A DNA stretch of 46,081 nt from a virus (lineage: Duplodnaviria; Caudoviricetes), in IMG/VR virus record IMGVR_UViG_3300037462_000153, positions 1 through 46,081 of that record; one strand, given 5' to 3'. The position numbers were made by a program, and so were the translations under genes. How positions within the stretch are numbered: position 1 is the stretch's first letter; each line of letters opens with the position of its first letter. This document shows, in pieces, positions 26,390 through 34,717 of the stretch. Under the pieces are notes generated by a model, which made no database searches, was not told the origin of the DNA, and saw nothing but the letters and a program-made list of their open reading frames with translations.

Positions 26390-27277
26390 TTGACAATGAA
26401 GATCGAATTCGAAACCGGCGATTTGACCGAGGCCGAGGCAACGGGGCTTATCGCCCTCATGGCGGCCATTCATGGCGAAGGGATCATTCCGACGTCGTAC
26501 GCACGTGTCGGTGAAGTTGAGCGCGCCACGGGGCCGGTAACTCTGCACATCCACCGCGACAGCGCAGCACCGGACGGCTACCCGTCGACCGGTTCTATTG
26601 AGGTCAAACAGGTTGTGGACGTTTCCGACAAGTTCGACCCCGACCACCCGGCGTACACCCCGCCCGCCCCCACCACGGCTGGAGACCGCGACGCCGACGG
26701 CATTCTGTGGGACGAACGGATCCACACGTCCAACAAGTCGACCAAGCAGGATGGCACGTGGAAGCGCAAGCCGGGCCTTGATGACGCGTATTTTACCAGC
26801 GTCATGGCCGAGCTCAAGGCAGCGAACACGGCGCGCACGTTGGAAGCGGCGCAAGGGCTGACCGCGCCTGTGAGCGGGCCGGTCAACGACATTGCGCCCA
26901 ACGCGCCGCCGCTCGTACCGACCGCGCGGGAGGCGTTTACCCCGCCCGCATCCGTGACCATCCCGGCATATGTCCCGCCCGCCCCGGTCGCTGACCCGTC
27001 GTCGCAGACCGTCGTCGCTGTTCCGGTCACCGTGCCGCAGCCCCCGGCCCCGCCGGTTCCCGCCGTACCCACCCCGCCGCCCGTACCGACCGGTGACGCT
27101 CCGACCTTCCCGCAGCTTATCCAGCGCATCACGCCGCTGCAGGCTGCCGGCAAGATTGACGCCGCCAAGCTGGCCGAACTGCTTGAGGCTGTCGGCCTCA
27201 AGAGCATTGCCGAACTGGTCAGCGCGTCGGCCGAGGCCCGCACCAACCTGTCCGCCCTGCTTGACACGGTGCAGTGA
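26390..27277 (+). CDS. Conserved replication-module protein with a Pro/Ala-rich linker
   Basis: DADGILWDERIH...DGTWKRKPG motif; AGGAG RBS. Confidence 0.75.
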   Translation: MTMKIEFETGDLTEAEATGLIALMAAIHGEGIIPTSYARVGEVERATGPVTLHIHRDSAAPDGYPSTGSIEVKQVVDVSDKFDPDHPAYTPPAPTTAGDRDADGILWDERIHTSNKSTKQDGTWKRKPGLDDAYFTSVMAELKAANTARTLEAAQGLTAPVSGPVNDIAPNAPPLVPTAREAFTPPASVTIPAYVPPAPVADPSSQTVVAVPVTVPQPPAPPVPAVPTPPPVPTGDAPTFPQLIQRITPLQAAGKIDAAKLAELLEAVGLKSIAELVSASAEARTNLSALLDTVQ

Positions 27278-28398
27278 TGGCAGGTGACCACGCGTACCTT
27301 GCGCCGTCGAGCGCTGGAATATGGGGGCCGGGCGGTTGCCCGGCTTTCCCCCGGATGGCGCAAGCCTACCCGGAACAGGAAGACACGCCCGAGGCGCGCG
27401 AAGGCGAGGCCGCGCATTACTATCTGACCGAGGCTGCGCAGGGCCGCCCGCCCGCCGTGGGATCGCTTGCGCCCAATGGCCATCCGATCACCGACGAAAT
27501 GGTGGAAGGGGCGGCGGCAATGCTGGCCGACATGCGCGCCCTCATTGCACAGCCGGGCGTCCGATGGGCCGTCGAGCAACGTGTGGTCATGCCGGAAGTA
27601 CACCCTGACAATTGGGGGCGTGCTGACTTCATCGCGGTTGACGAAACGCGTCAGACGCTGCACGTGTGGGACTACAAGTATGGTCACGGTTACGTCGACG
27701 CGTTCGAAAACTGGCAGTTGTTGGACTATGCAATTGGGGCGGCGCGCCATTTTGACGTGACTGTGCGGGCGCAATGGGACTTAGACTTTCGCATTTACCA
27801 GCCCCGGTCTTTCCATGCCGACGGCCCGGTGAAAAGTTGGCGCCCGAGCCACACCCGCTATTCGCAGATGTTCTACGACCTGCAGAACGCAGCGCACCTG
27901 GCCGGTCACCCAGGTGCCCCGCTGTCGACCGGCGCCCACTGCTCGTATTGCCCGGCCCGGCATGCCTGCCCTGCACTGCGCAAGGTTGGCGGCTTGGCGG
28001 TCGACATGTCCATGCAGGGCGTCCCGCACGACATGGACCCCGCCGACGCGGGCCGGGCGCTGCGCACAATCCGAACCGCGCGTGAACGCTTGGAAGACTT
28101 AGAAACCGGCCTTGAGGCGCAAATACTGGCCGCGATCCGTGCCGGCAATACGTCAACAGGCTGGGAGGCGTATCAGGGTTACGGCCGCGAACGCTGGACC
28201 GTATCGGCCGCCGAGGTCGTCGCGCTCGGCCAGTTGTTCGGCAAGGACGTGGCGGAACCACTCGACGTGATCACTCCGGCGCAAGCGCGCAAATTGGGAA
28301 TTGACGAAGCCGTCATTTCGCTATATACCGAGAAACCGAAGGGCGAAATCAAACTGCGCCCCTTGGATAGCAAGAACATTCGCAAAGCTTTCCAGTAA
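27274..28398 (+). CDS. Cas4-like PD-(D/E)xK exonuclease (DUF2800-like)
   Basis: HAYLAPSSA..CP, WGRADF, DYKYG and HCSYCPARHAC motifs. Confidence 0.82.
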   Translation: MMAGDHAYLAPSSAGIWGPGGCPAFPRMAQAYPEQEDTPEAREGEAAHYYLTEAAQGRPPAVGSLAPNGHPITDEMVEGAAAMLADMRALIAQPGVRWAVEQRVVMPEVHPDNWGRADFIAVDETRQTLHVWDYKYGHGYVDAFENWQLLDYAIGAARHFDVTVRAQWDLDFRIYQPRSFHADGPVKSWRPSHTRYSQMFYDLQNAAHLAGHPGAPLSTGAHCSYCPARHACPALRKVGGLAVDMSMQGVPHDMDPADAGRALRTIRTARERLEDLETGLEAQILAAIRAGNTSTGWEAYQGYGRERWTVSAAEVVALGQLFGKDVAEPLDVITPAQARKLGIDEAVISLYTEKPKGEIKLRPLDSKNIRKAFQ

Positions 28399-28416
28399 CC
28401 ACAGGAGCACAAGACC

Positions 28417-29343
28417 ATGGCAGGAATTCAACCCATTCGCCTGACCAGCCCGCGCGGCCGGTTCGTCCAGGGAGACGCATTTGAACCGCAGACGACCGAC
28501 CAGCAGGGCGCGCCGCTGACGATCAAGACCGGCCCGAACGCCGGCCAGCCGACCAAGCGTTGGTTTATGGCCGCGGCGTTCGCCAAGAACGATCCGCAGA
28601 CCATTCCGTATCTCATGCAGATGGTGACCTATGCCGCGCAGGCGTGGCCGTCGTATTTCCCCGGCGGCCCGATGCCCGCCCCGCCGTCGTTCGGCTGCAC
28701 GCACCCGCGCTTTTCGTTCAAGATCATGGACGGCGACGGCGTCGACGACAACGGCAAGCCGAACAAGGACAAGCCCGGTTTTGCCGGTCACTTCATCGTG
28801 AAGTACTCGACCAGCATTCAAGCGCCCGGCGTCTGGCAGGAACCCAACTTTGACGAAATGGCCCGTCTGTCGGACCCCCGCATGTGCCCGCGTGGCTATT
28901 ACGTTCGGATCAATCACACGATCCAGTCGAACGACAACGACCAGCGGCCCGGCCTTTACGTCAATCTGGACAAGGTTGCTGTGAGCCAGGACCAGACCGG
29001 CGCCGAGGTCATCCAGTCCGGCCCGACTGCGGCCGAGGCGTTCGGGGGTGCCGCGCCTGCCGTCCCCCCGTCCTATGCGCAGTCGCCCGCAACGCCGCCT
29101 GCACCTACCCCCGCTGTCTACACACCACCCGCACCGGTTGGCGCTTCTGCGACGCCATCCCCTTCTAGCCCGCCGCCCGCGCCGTACAGCGGGTATATCC
29201 CGGCCGCACCGCCGGCACCCCCAGCCCCGCCTGTGCCTGCGGGTCCGGTCATGCTGCCCGCAGCTGGTGGCGCGAGCTATGAGCAAATGATTGCGGCCGG
29301 CTGGACCGACGCGACCTTGCGCCAGCACGGCATGATGGCGTAG
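28417..29343 (+). CDS. Single-stranded DNA-binding protein (DUF2815-like)
   Basis: FKIMDGDG, GYYVR and PGLYVNL motifs; Pro-rich tail; between exonuclease and polymerase. Confidence 0.72.
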   Translation: MAGIQPIRLTSPRGRFVQGDAFEPQTTDQQGAPLTIKTGPNAGQPTKRWFMAAAFAKNDPQTIPYLMQMVTYAAQAWPSYFPGGPMPAPPSFGCTHPRFSFKIMDGDGVDDNGKPNKDKPGFAGHFIVKYSTSIQAPGVWQEPNFDEMARLSDPRMCPRGYYVRINHTIQSNDNDQRPGLYVNLDKVAVSQDQTGAEVIQSGPTAAEAFGGAAPAVPPSYAQSPATPPAPTPAVYTPPAPVGASATPSPSSPPPAPYSGYIPAAPPAPPAPPVPAGPVMLPAAGGASYEQMIAAGWTDATLRQHGMMA

Positions 29344-29349
29344 CATCCG

Positions 29350-29429
29350 ATCGGCAGCGCGCCTCTCATCCCCGCCCGCGCTGCCCGATGACGGCCCGCC
29401 GACCTCCTCCCCGGCGGGCCGTTTTATTT
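29350..29429 (+). ncRNA. Two-hairpin element with a CCUCCUCCC loop (cuckoo/CcsR-like); second hairpin doubles as terminator
   Basis: 9-bp stem with loop CCUCUCAUCCCCGCC; 11-bp perfect stem with loop ACCUCCUCCC, then UUUAUUU. Confidence 0.5.
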
Positions 29430-29453
29430 CAAGCACAAGGCAAGGTTGGCACC

Positions 29454-32400
29454 ATGTGGGCAATTGAGACGCACGGCACTATAGATTTCGAAACCTACAG
29501 CGAAGCCGGCCACGAGTGGGACGACGCGGCGGGCACGTGGCGCGCACCGCCTGGAGCGACCAAGAAAGGCATTGCTGCCGTCGGGTCGGTCGCCTACGCC
29601 GAGCACCCAAGCACGGAAGTGCTCACAATGTCGTACCGGCTCCCCGGCGGCGCGTTGCGACGCTGGCGGCCCGGCCTGCCCAATCCTCAAGACCTGTTCG
29701 ACTACCTCGCCTCGGGCGGTCTGATCGAAGCGCACAACGCCATGTTTGAGCGCGCGATATGGCACTACGTATGCAGGCGGCTTTACGGTTGGCCCGAGCT
29801 TCCGGCCGCTCAGTTGCGGTGCAGCATGGCAAAGGCCCACGTGAACAACCTGCCCGGCGCGCTCGGCAATCTCACGGACGTGTTGCCCGTCAAGATCAAA
29901 AAGAACCCCGACGGCAAGCGGTTGCTCAACAAATTCAGCGTGCCGCAAAAACCGACCAAAGCCAAGCCGGTGACGCGGATCCGCCCCGAGGATGACCCGG
30001 AAGACGCCGAACGGCTCTATGCATACTGCGACGTCGACGTGGAAGCCGAGGAAGAGGCCAGCGCGCTCATGATGCCGCTGTCTCTCAACGAGTTGCGCTT
30101 TTGGTTGCTCGACCAGCGTATGAACTGGCGAGGGATCGGCGTGGATCGGCCGGGCGTGCGCAACATGATCGCGGTGCTCGAGCAAGCGCAGGACAAATAC
30201 GGCACGCGCTGCCGGGAAATTACCGGCGGTTTCGGCCCCGGCCAGGTCAAAGAGTTGCGCGGGTGGCTGGCGGCGCGCGGCATATATCTCGACAGCATGG
30301 ACGCCGAGGCGGTCGAAACGGGATTGGCCACGCTGGGCATTACCGACGAGTGCAAGGGAGTGCTGCGCATTCGTCAGCTGGTCGGATCCGCCAGCGTCAA
30401 AAAGCTCTACGCGTTCGAACGATCGGCCAACACTGACGACCGCGTGCGCAACGTCATCACACACCACGGCGCGCGGACGGGGCGGCCGACGGGCGAACTA
30501 GTGCAGCCACTCAATCTCCCCAAGTCCGGCCCCGACCTGTTCTATTGCGGGTGCGGAAAGCCTCACGCGCGCCGCGACGTTTGCCCGTGGTGCGGCGTCC
30601 CAGTCGCGCCGGGGTCCAAGTCCTACAAGTGGCCGGACGTACCCAAGGGTTACGCCGACAACCCCGTGGACCATGTGCAAACGATCATGGCCACACGATC
30701 GCTCGACGCCGTGGAATGGTTCTTTGGTGACGCGCTGTTGAGCATATCCGGCTGTGTCCGTGGAATGATCGTGGCCGGGCCGGGGTACGACCTGGTTGCG
30801 TCGGACTACTCGGCAATTGAAGCCGTGGTTACGGCAGCGCTGTCCGGCTGCGAATGGCGCGTGCAGACCTTTCGAGAGAACCGAGATATCTATCTCATGT
30901 CGGCCGCGCAACGCCCCGGCGGTCTGACCTATGAGGAATATCAGGCGTACAAGGAAGAGAACGGCGCGCATCATTGGCACCGTCAAAAGTGGGGCAAGGT
31001 TTTCGAGCTTGCGTGTCTCGGCCCCCGAACCCAAGTGTTGACCGACAAAGGTTACTTGGCTATTGTGGATGTTACGACAGATCACAAGGTATGGGACGGT
31101 ATTGAATGGGTGCGGCACGAGGGGTTGGTAAAAAGGGGTACAAAAACGGTGTTAAACCTGGATGGTCTCCAGATAACCCCGGACCATTTGGTCAGTTTGA
31201 ACGGTTCGTGGAAGGCGGCGAACGAACTCGCTTCCGACGATCGCTTGTTGACCCAAGCGCTGGTGAGCGGTTTGGAAGCCTTGTTGCGTCTGGAGCAATC
31301 GAACGGCGGGGCAACGGCCAATATGTCGCGGAAGTCCAGTGCGACTGTGGCGCGACCGCGCATTGGGTGGCGGTTCATAACCTCCGCAACGGCAAGTCTA
31401 CTCGGTGCAATCCGTGCGCTAAGAAAGCGACCGCAGCGTACCGTAAGCAGTATTTTTGTTACGCCGGCGCGCTACCAGATGACGAACACCGTAGGCGGCT
31501 GCTCAACCGACTTTCTGCGGCCATTGGACGTTGCCACAATCCAAAATCAAAAGGGTTTGGCAACTACGGCGGGCGCGGGATCCGAGTGTGTGAAGAGTGG
31601 CGCGGCGACAAGGCCGCGTTTCTTCGACACGCCCATACTTTGCCGGGGTGGGACGTCCCGGCTCTTGAAATGGATCGGCGAGACACGAACGGCCACTATG
31701 AGCCTGGAAATATTAGGTTCGTTTCCAAAGTGGCCAACTCTCTCAACAAACGGAAGATCGGCGACCGGCAGGCCCTCGTCGACTACTACGAGCAGTGTCT
31801 ACGATCTTGCAAATGCGGGGCCGCGCCACCGTTTCACTGTGAAAACTAATAGCGGCCACTTGGTTGTCCATAACTGCGGATTTGGCGGTTGGGTGGGTGC
31901 CGTCCGTGTTTTTGATACCGAGACGCCGGACGATGAAGTTAAGGCCGGTATTCTCGCATGGCGCGCAGCCTCTCCCGAGATCGTCGAAATGTGGGGCGGC
32001 CAGGCGCGGGGCAAGCCGTGGATGCGTGACTATCGGTTGGAGCGGTTCGGCTTCGAAGGCGCGTTCGTCAACGCCGTGCAGTACCCGGGCCATGCGTTTA
32101 CGAGCAACGGCATAATCTTCTATACTCGGGGCGACGCGTTGATTATCCGGCTGCTGTCCGGTCGCGAGCTCACCTATCACAGCCCACGCCTATGGCCCAA
32201 AGCCGACGAACCGGGCGTGTTCAAAATCACTTACATGACTTGGAACAGCAACCCCAAGTACGGCCCGACCGGGTGGGTTGCGATGGAAACCTACGCTGGC
32301 CGCATTGCTGAAAACATTGTCCAGGCCACCGCGCACGATATCCAGCGGTTCGGGATCGAAGCACTCGAGGCGGCCGGTTATGGCGTGGTGCTGCATGTCT

Positions 32401-32546
32401 ATGACGAGAACGTGGCCGAGGTGCCGCACGGGTTCGGGTCAATCGAAGAGTTTGAGGCGATCATGTCCACGATGCCGCCATGGGCCGCCGGCTGGCCGGT
32501 GAGGGCGTCCGGCGGCTGGCGAGGCCGCCGGTATAGGAAAGGTTAA
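29454..32546 (+). CDS. Family A DNA polymerase, intein-containing
   Basis: Exonuclease motifs IDFET, AHNAMFER and YCDVDV; motif A SDYSAIE; motif B KVFELA/CGFGG split by the intein; motif C HVYDE. Confidence 0.93.
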   Translation: MWAIETHGTIDFETYSEAGHEWDDAAGTWRAPPGATKKGIAAVGSVAYAEHPSTEVLTMSYRLPGGALRRWRPGLPNPQDLFDYLASGGLIEAHNAMFERAIWHYVCRRLYGWPELPAAQLRCSMAKAHVNNLPGALGNLTDVLPVKIKKNPDGKRLLNKFSVPQKPTKAKPVTRIRPEDDPEDAERLYAYCDVDVEAEEEASALMMPLSLNELRFWLLDQRMNWRGIGVDRPGVRNMIAVLEQAQDKYGTRCREITGGFGPGQVKELRGWLAARGIYLDSMDAEAVETGLATLGITDECKGVLRIRQLVGSASVKKLYAFERSANTDDRVRNVITHHGARTGRPTGELVQPLNLPKSGPDLFYCGCGKPHARRDVCPWCGVPVAPGSKSYKWPDVPKGYADNPVDHVQTIMATRSLDAVEWFFGDALLSISGCVRGMIVAGPGYDLVASDYSAIEAVVTAALSGCEWRVQTFRENRDIYLMSAAQRPGGLTYEEYQAYKEENGAHHWHRQKWGKVFELACLGPRTQVLTDKGYLAIVDVTTDHKVWDGIEWVRHEGLVKRGTKTVLNLDGLQITPDHLVSLNGSWKAANELASDDRLLTQALVSGLEALLRLEQSNGGATANMSRKSSATVARPRIGWRFITSATASLLGAIRALRKRPQRTVSSIFVTPARYQMTNTVGGCSTDFLRPLDVATIQNQKGLATTAGAGSECVKSGAATRPRFFDTPILCRGGTSRLLKWIGETRTATMSLEILGSFPKWPTLSTNGRSATGRPSSTTTSSVYDLANAGPRHRFTVKTNSGHLVVHNCGFGGWVGAVRVFDTETPDDEVKAGILAWRAASPEIVEMWGGQARGKPWMRDYRLERFGFEGAFVNAVQYPGHAFTSNGIIFYTRGDALIIRLLSGRELTYHSPRLWPKADEPGVFKITYMTWNSNPKYGPTGWVAMETYAGRIAENIVQATAHDIQRFGIEALEAAGYGVVLHVYDENVAEVPHGFGSIEEFEAIMSTMPPWAAGWPVRASGGWRGRRYRKG
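31014..31874 (+). mobile_element. Intein (287 aa) in PolA motif B
   Basis: Starts CLGPRTQVLT; block B ITPDH; block F VYDL; ends VVHN followed by +1 Cys. Confidence 0.92.
31106..31849 (+). CDS. HNH-type homing endonuclease nested out of frame inside the intein
   Basis: GERFGSL, CDCG, RCHNP...NYGGRGIRVCEEW and MDRRDTNGHYEPGNIRF...NSLNKR; true start uncertain. Confidence 0.85.
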   Translation: MGAARGVGKKGYKNGVKPGWSPDNPGPFGQFERFVEGGERTRFRRSLVDPSAGERFGSLVASGAIERRGNGQYVAEVQCDCGATAHWVAVHNLRNGKSTRCNPCAKKATAAYRKQYFCYAGALPDDEHRRRLLNRLSAAIGRCHNPKSKGFGNYGGRGIRVCEEWRGDKAAFLRHAHTLPGWDVPALEMDRRDTNGHYEPGNIRFVSKVANSLNKRKIGDRQALVDYYEQCLRSCKCGAAPPFHCEN

Positions 32547-32854
32547 GGCGCGTAGGTCAGTACGTCCTCGGGGGCAACCGTAGGGGCTGCCTTGAACGCG
32601 TTGATGCGCGACTGTGTGACGCTGGCGGTCGCTCCGCACAGAACCGCCCCCGTGAAATCGACGGCGATGATCGTGCCGGGTGGCGTGCTATCCCAACACC
32701 ACACGGGCTTACCCTCGGGGCCGCCCACTTCATTCTTGAGGCGTTGGTGGGCGACGATGCCCTCAGCTCCGGGGACACACGTCAGGTTCTCAATGGACGT
32801 AACGCCGCCCACGGTGCGCTCAAGTACCAATCGGCTCATTGTCATAATCTCCAA
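32543..32854 (-). CDS. Hypothetical protein at the end of the tail operon
   Basis: 103-aa ORF; convergent with the polymerase at a shared TTAA. Confidence 0.55.
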   Translation of the reverse strand: MEIMTMSRLVLERTVGGVTSIENLTCVPGAEGIVAHQRLKNEVGGPEGKPVWCWDSTPPGTIIAVDFTGAVLCGATASVTQSRINAFKAAPTVAPEDVLTYAP

Positions 32855-32857
32855 TCC

Positions 32858-33322
32858 TTAGAATTCGTAAAGGGAAAAGCCGAACGACTGCGGTGTAATC
32901 AGCGACCCGCCGGCATGGTCGCGAACTTCTATCATCGCGTAGTCCCCGCCCCAATCGGTGATTTCGATCGAGACACCGTTATTTGGAACAAGGAACGGAA
33001 TTGACGCCCCGAGGTTTTGAGTAAAGATCGCCAGGAAAGTGCCGACGTCCATGTAAAGCATGGCGGCGAGCCTGTACGGGCCGCCGACGGCTTGCACCTC
33101 GTCATCTATCACCGGGACGCGGAGCGCGCAGGCTATTCGCGTCGGCTCTTGGTCACTTGGCGGCGGCGGTGGGATCGGCCCCCACTCTTCCGCGACAAAG
33201 TCCCATATCTGCCGCGCGTCCTCGGGGCATGATGGCACCTCAAAAGCTCCAGCTGGGGGCGGCACCGGGCCCTCAAACCCAAAAAGGAAAACCCCGTCTT
33301 CATTGACGTAAGCAAGGGTCAT
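32858..33322 (-). CDS. Tail fibre assembly/accessory protein
   Basis: AYVNEDGVFLFGF..PPAGAFEVPSCPEDARQIWD; follows a fibre gene. Confidence 0.6.
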   Translation of the reverse strand: MTLAYVNEDGVFLFGFEGPVPPPAGAFEVPSCPEDARQIWDFVAEEWGPIPPPPPSDQEPTRIACALRVPVIDDEVQAVGGPYRLAAMLYMDVGTFLAIFTQNLGASIPFLVPNNGVSIEITDWGGDYAMIEVRDHAGGSLITPQSFGFSLYEF

Positions 33323-34314
33323 GCGTAGGCCCTCACAACTAGCCGCCAGTTTGCGTTTGTGAGGTTGGCCGTCACCCCGGTTGAACGATTAGGAACGTAA
33401 AAGACCGACGCGGCCGATCCGAACCGAATAGATATATTCGTTGCATCTGGAATAACCGCTATCCCGGCGTTACCCGTGGTCACGCCGGCCGGAAAACCGA
33501 TCGGCACCTCATCCCCAATAGAATAGCCCTCTTGCGCCGTCGTGCACTGGATAACACAAAACATGATCTTAGGTTTGACCCCAAGCCCATGGGCTAACGT
33601 GAGACCCCCCGCGCTGGTGATGGTCTGCTGCGCGCTTTCGTAAGAGCCAGAAAACGCCGCAGTTGACCAAACTCCGTCCCCGCGTAGAAAGTTGGCCGCT
33701 GACGGCGATCCCGTGCCAAGGCGGGCTGGCGCAAGCACCCCGCCAGTCTGCAGCAATGGCACGTCCCCGGATGCGGTGCCGGTGTTGACCGTGGCGGCAG
33801 TCCCCAATCCCAAGTTGGTGCGGGCGTTTGCGGCCGTACTAGCGCCCGTCCCACCATCGGCAATAGCCAGATCCGTAATCCCGGTGATTGACCCACCCGT
33901 GATAGCCACGGCGCTCGCCGCCTGCGTGGCCATGGTCCCCAAGCCGAGCGTTGTCCGCGCCGTGGCGGCGTCGACGTCGTCCAGCAGAGTGCGGGCGTAT
34001 GACGTCAGGGTGGTGACCGCCCAAGTGTCTGACGCCGTCGTGTAGGCCATTCGGTCGGCGGCCGTTGTCAACCCCGCCAGGGACGTCAACGACGTACTGA
34101 ACGCCTGCACGTCCGTGCCGATGATAGCGCCGATATTTGCGCGGCCTTGGGCCTTTTCCGGGTTGGTAAACGTCTGTGCGGCGTCGACCCGCACATACTT
34201 GCCGACAAGAGCCGGAATGTCCGACGCTTGGAGAAAACCGAGGTTTCGAAACCCCTGCACCGTATTGGGGCCAGCCGTTCCGAAATTGAGTGTATACTCA
34301 GACCATTTAGTCAT
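33319..34314 (-). CDS. Second tail fibre / receptor-binding protein
   Basis: ARTTLGLG and ARTNLGLG repeats, LAIADGGTGAS, C-terminal LAHGLGVKP domain. Confidence 0.78.
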   Translation of the reverse strand: MTKWSEYTLNFGTAGPNTVQGFRNLGFLQASDIPALVGKYVRVDAAQTFTNPEKAQGRANIGAIIGTDVQAFSTSLTSLAGLTTAADRMAYTTASDTWAVTTLTSYARTLLDDVDAATARTTLGLGTMATQAASAVAITGGSITGITDLAIADGGTGASTAANARTNLGLGTAATVNTGTASGDVPLLQTGGVLAPARLGTGSPSAANFLRGDGVWSTAAFSGSYESAQQTITSAGGLTLAHGLGVKPKIMFCVIQCTTAQEGYSIGDEVPIGFPAGVTTGNAGIAVIPDATNISIRFGSAASVFYVPNRSTGVTANLTNANWRLVVRAYA

Positions 34315-34717
34315 CGGTCAACAATTCCCCGGTGTCCGTCGTGATGTAAAAGCCCCCATCCGTGATAAGGAAGCTCGGTTGCACTGTGGCGGCAAGCTCG
34401 CCAAGGGTCAAGGCGGGGATCGCCGCCAGTTCGGTGGCGCTGGCATAGACCAGGAATTGCGAAACCTGGAATTGTTCCCAATACGGCAGGTCGTCGTTGA
34501 GCGTGATAAATAGAAAATTCCCGGTTTGCAGGTACGCGTAGGGAATGATCGCCTCACCGGCAAGCGCCCGTGTGTTGGCCAGAACTTCAACGCCCTCGCG
34601 CAGAACCGTGCAGGACGTGCAACCCGGCACCGTACGCAGGGAGAGGCCCCACCGCACGGCGTCAATCGTGACGGTGAATTCCTGATTGGGCGCCTGCGCG
34701 AGCAACACGGTTTGCAT
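34307..34717 (-). CDS. Baseplate plug-like protein with a C-terminal acidic extension
   Basis: APNQEFTVTI, GNFLF and PYWEQF motifs; tail FLITDGGFYITTDTGELLTDD. Confidence 0.6.
   Translation of the reverse strand: MQTVLLAQAPNQEFTVTIDAVRWGLSLRTVPGCTSCTVLREGVEVLANTRALAGEAIIPYAYLQTGNFLFITLNDDLPYWEQFQVSQFLVYASATELAAIPALTLGELAATVQPSFLITDGGFYITTDTGELLTDD

Noticed and set aside
27274-28398. Cas4-like gene as part of a CRISPR system
   Set aside because: I saw no array or other cas genes. It sits in the usual exonuclease-SSB-PolA module.
26578-30467. Long antisense ORFs (26578-27774, 28321-29463, 29424-30467)
   Set aside because: They are shadow frames of GC-rich genes with no motifs or RBS.
19745-32546. 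Shared TTAA stop overlaps at both convergent junctions (19745-19748, 32543-32546) as transposon target sites
   Set aside because: They are explained by compact convergent TAA stops, and there is no transposase or terminal inverted repeat.
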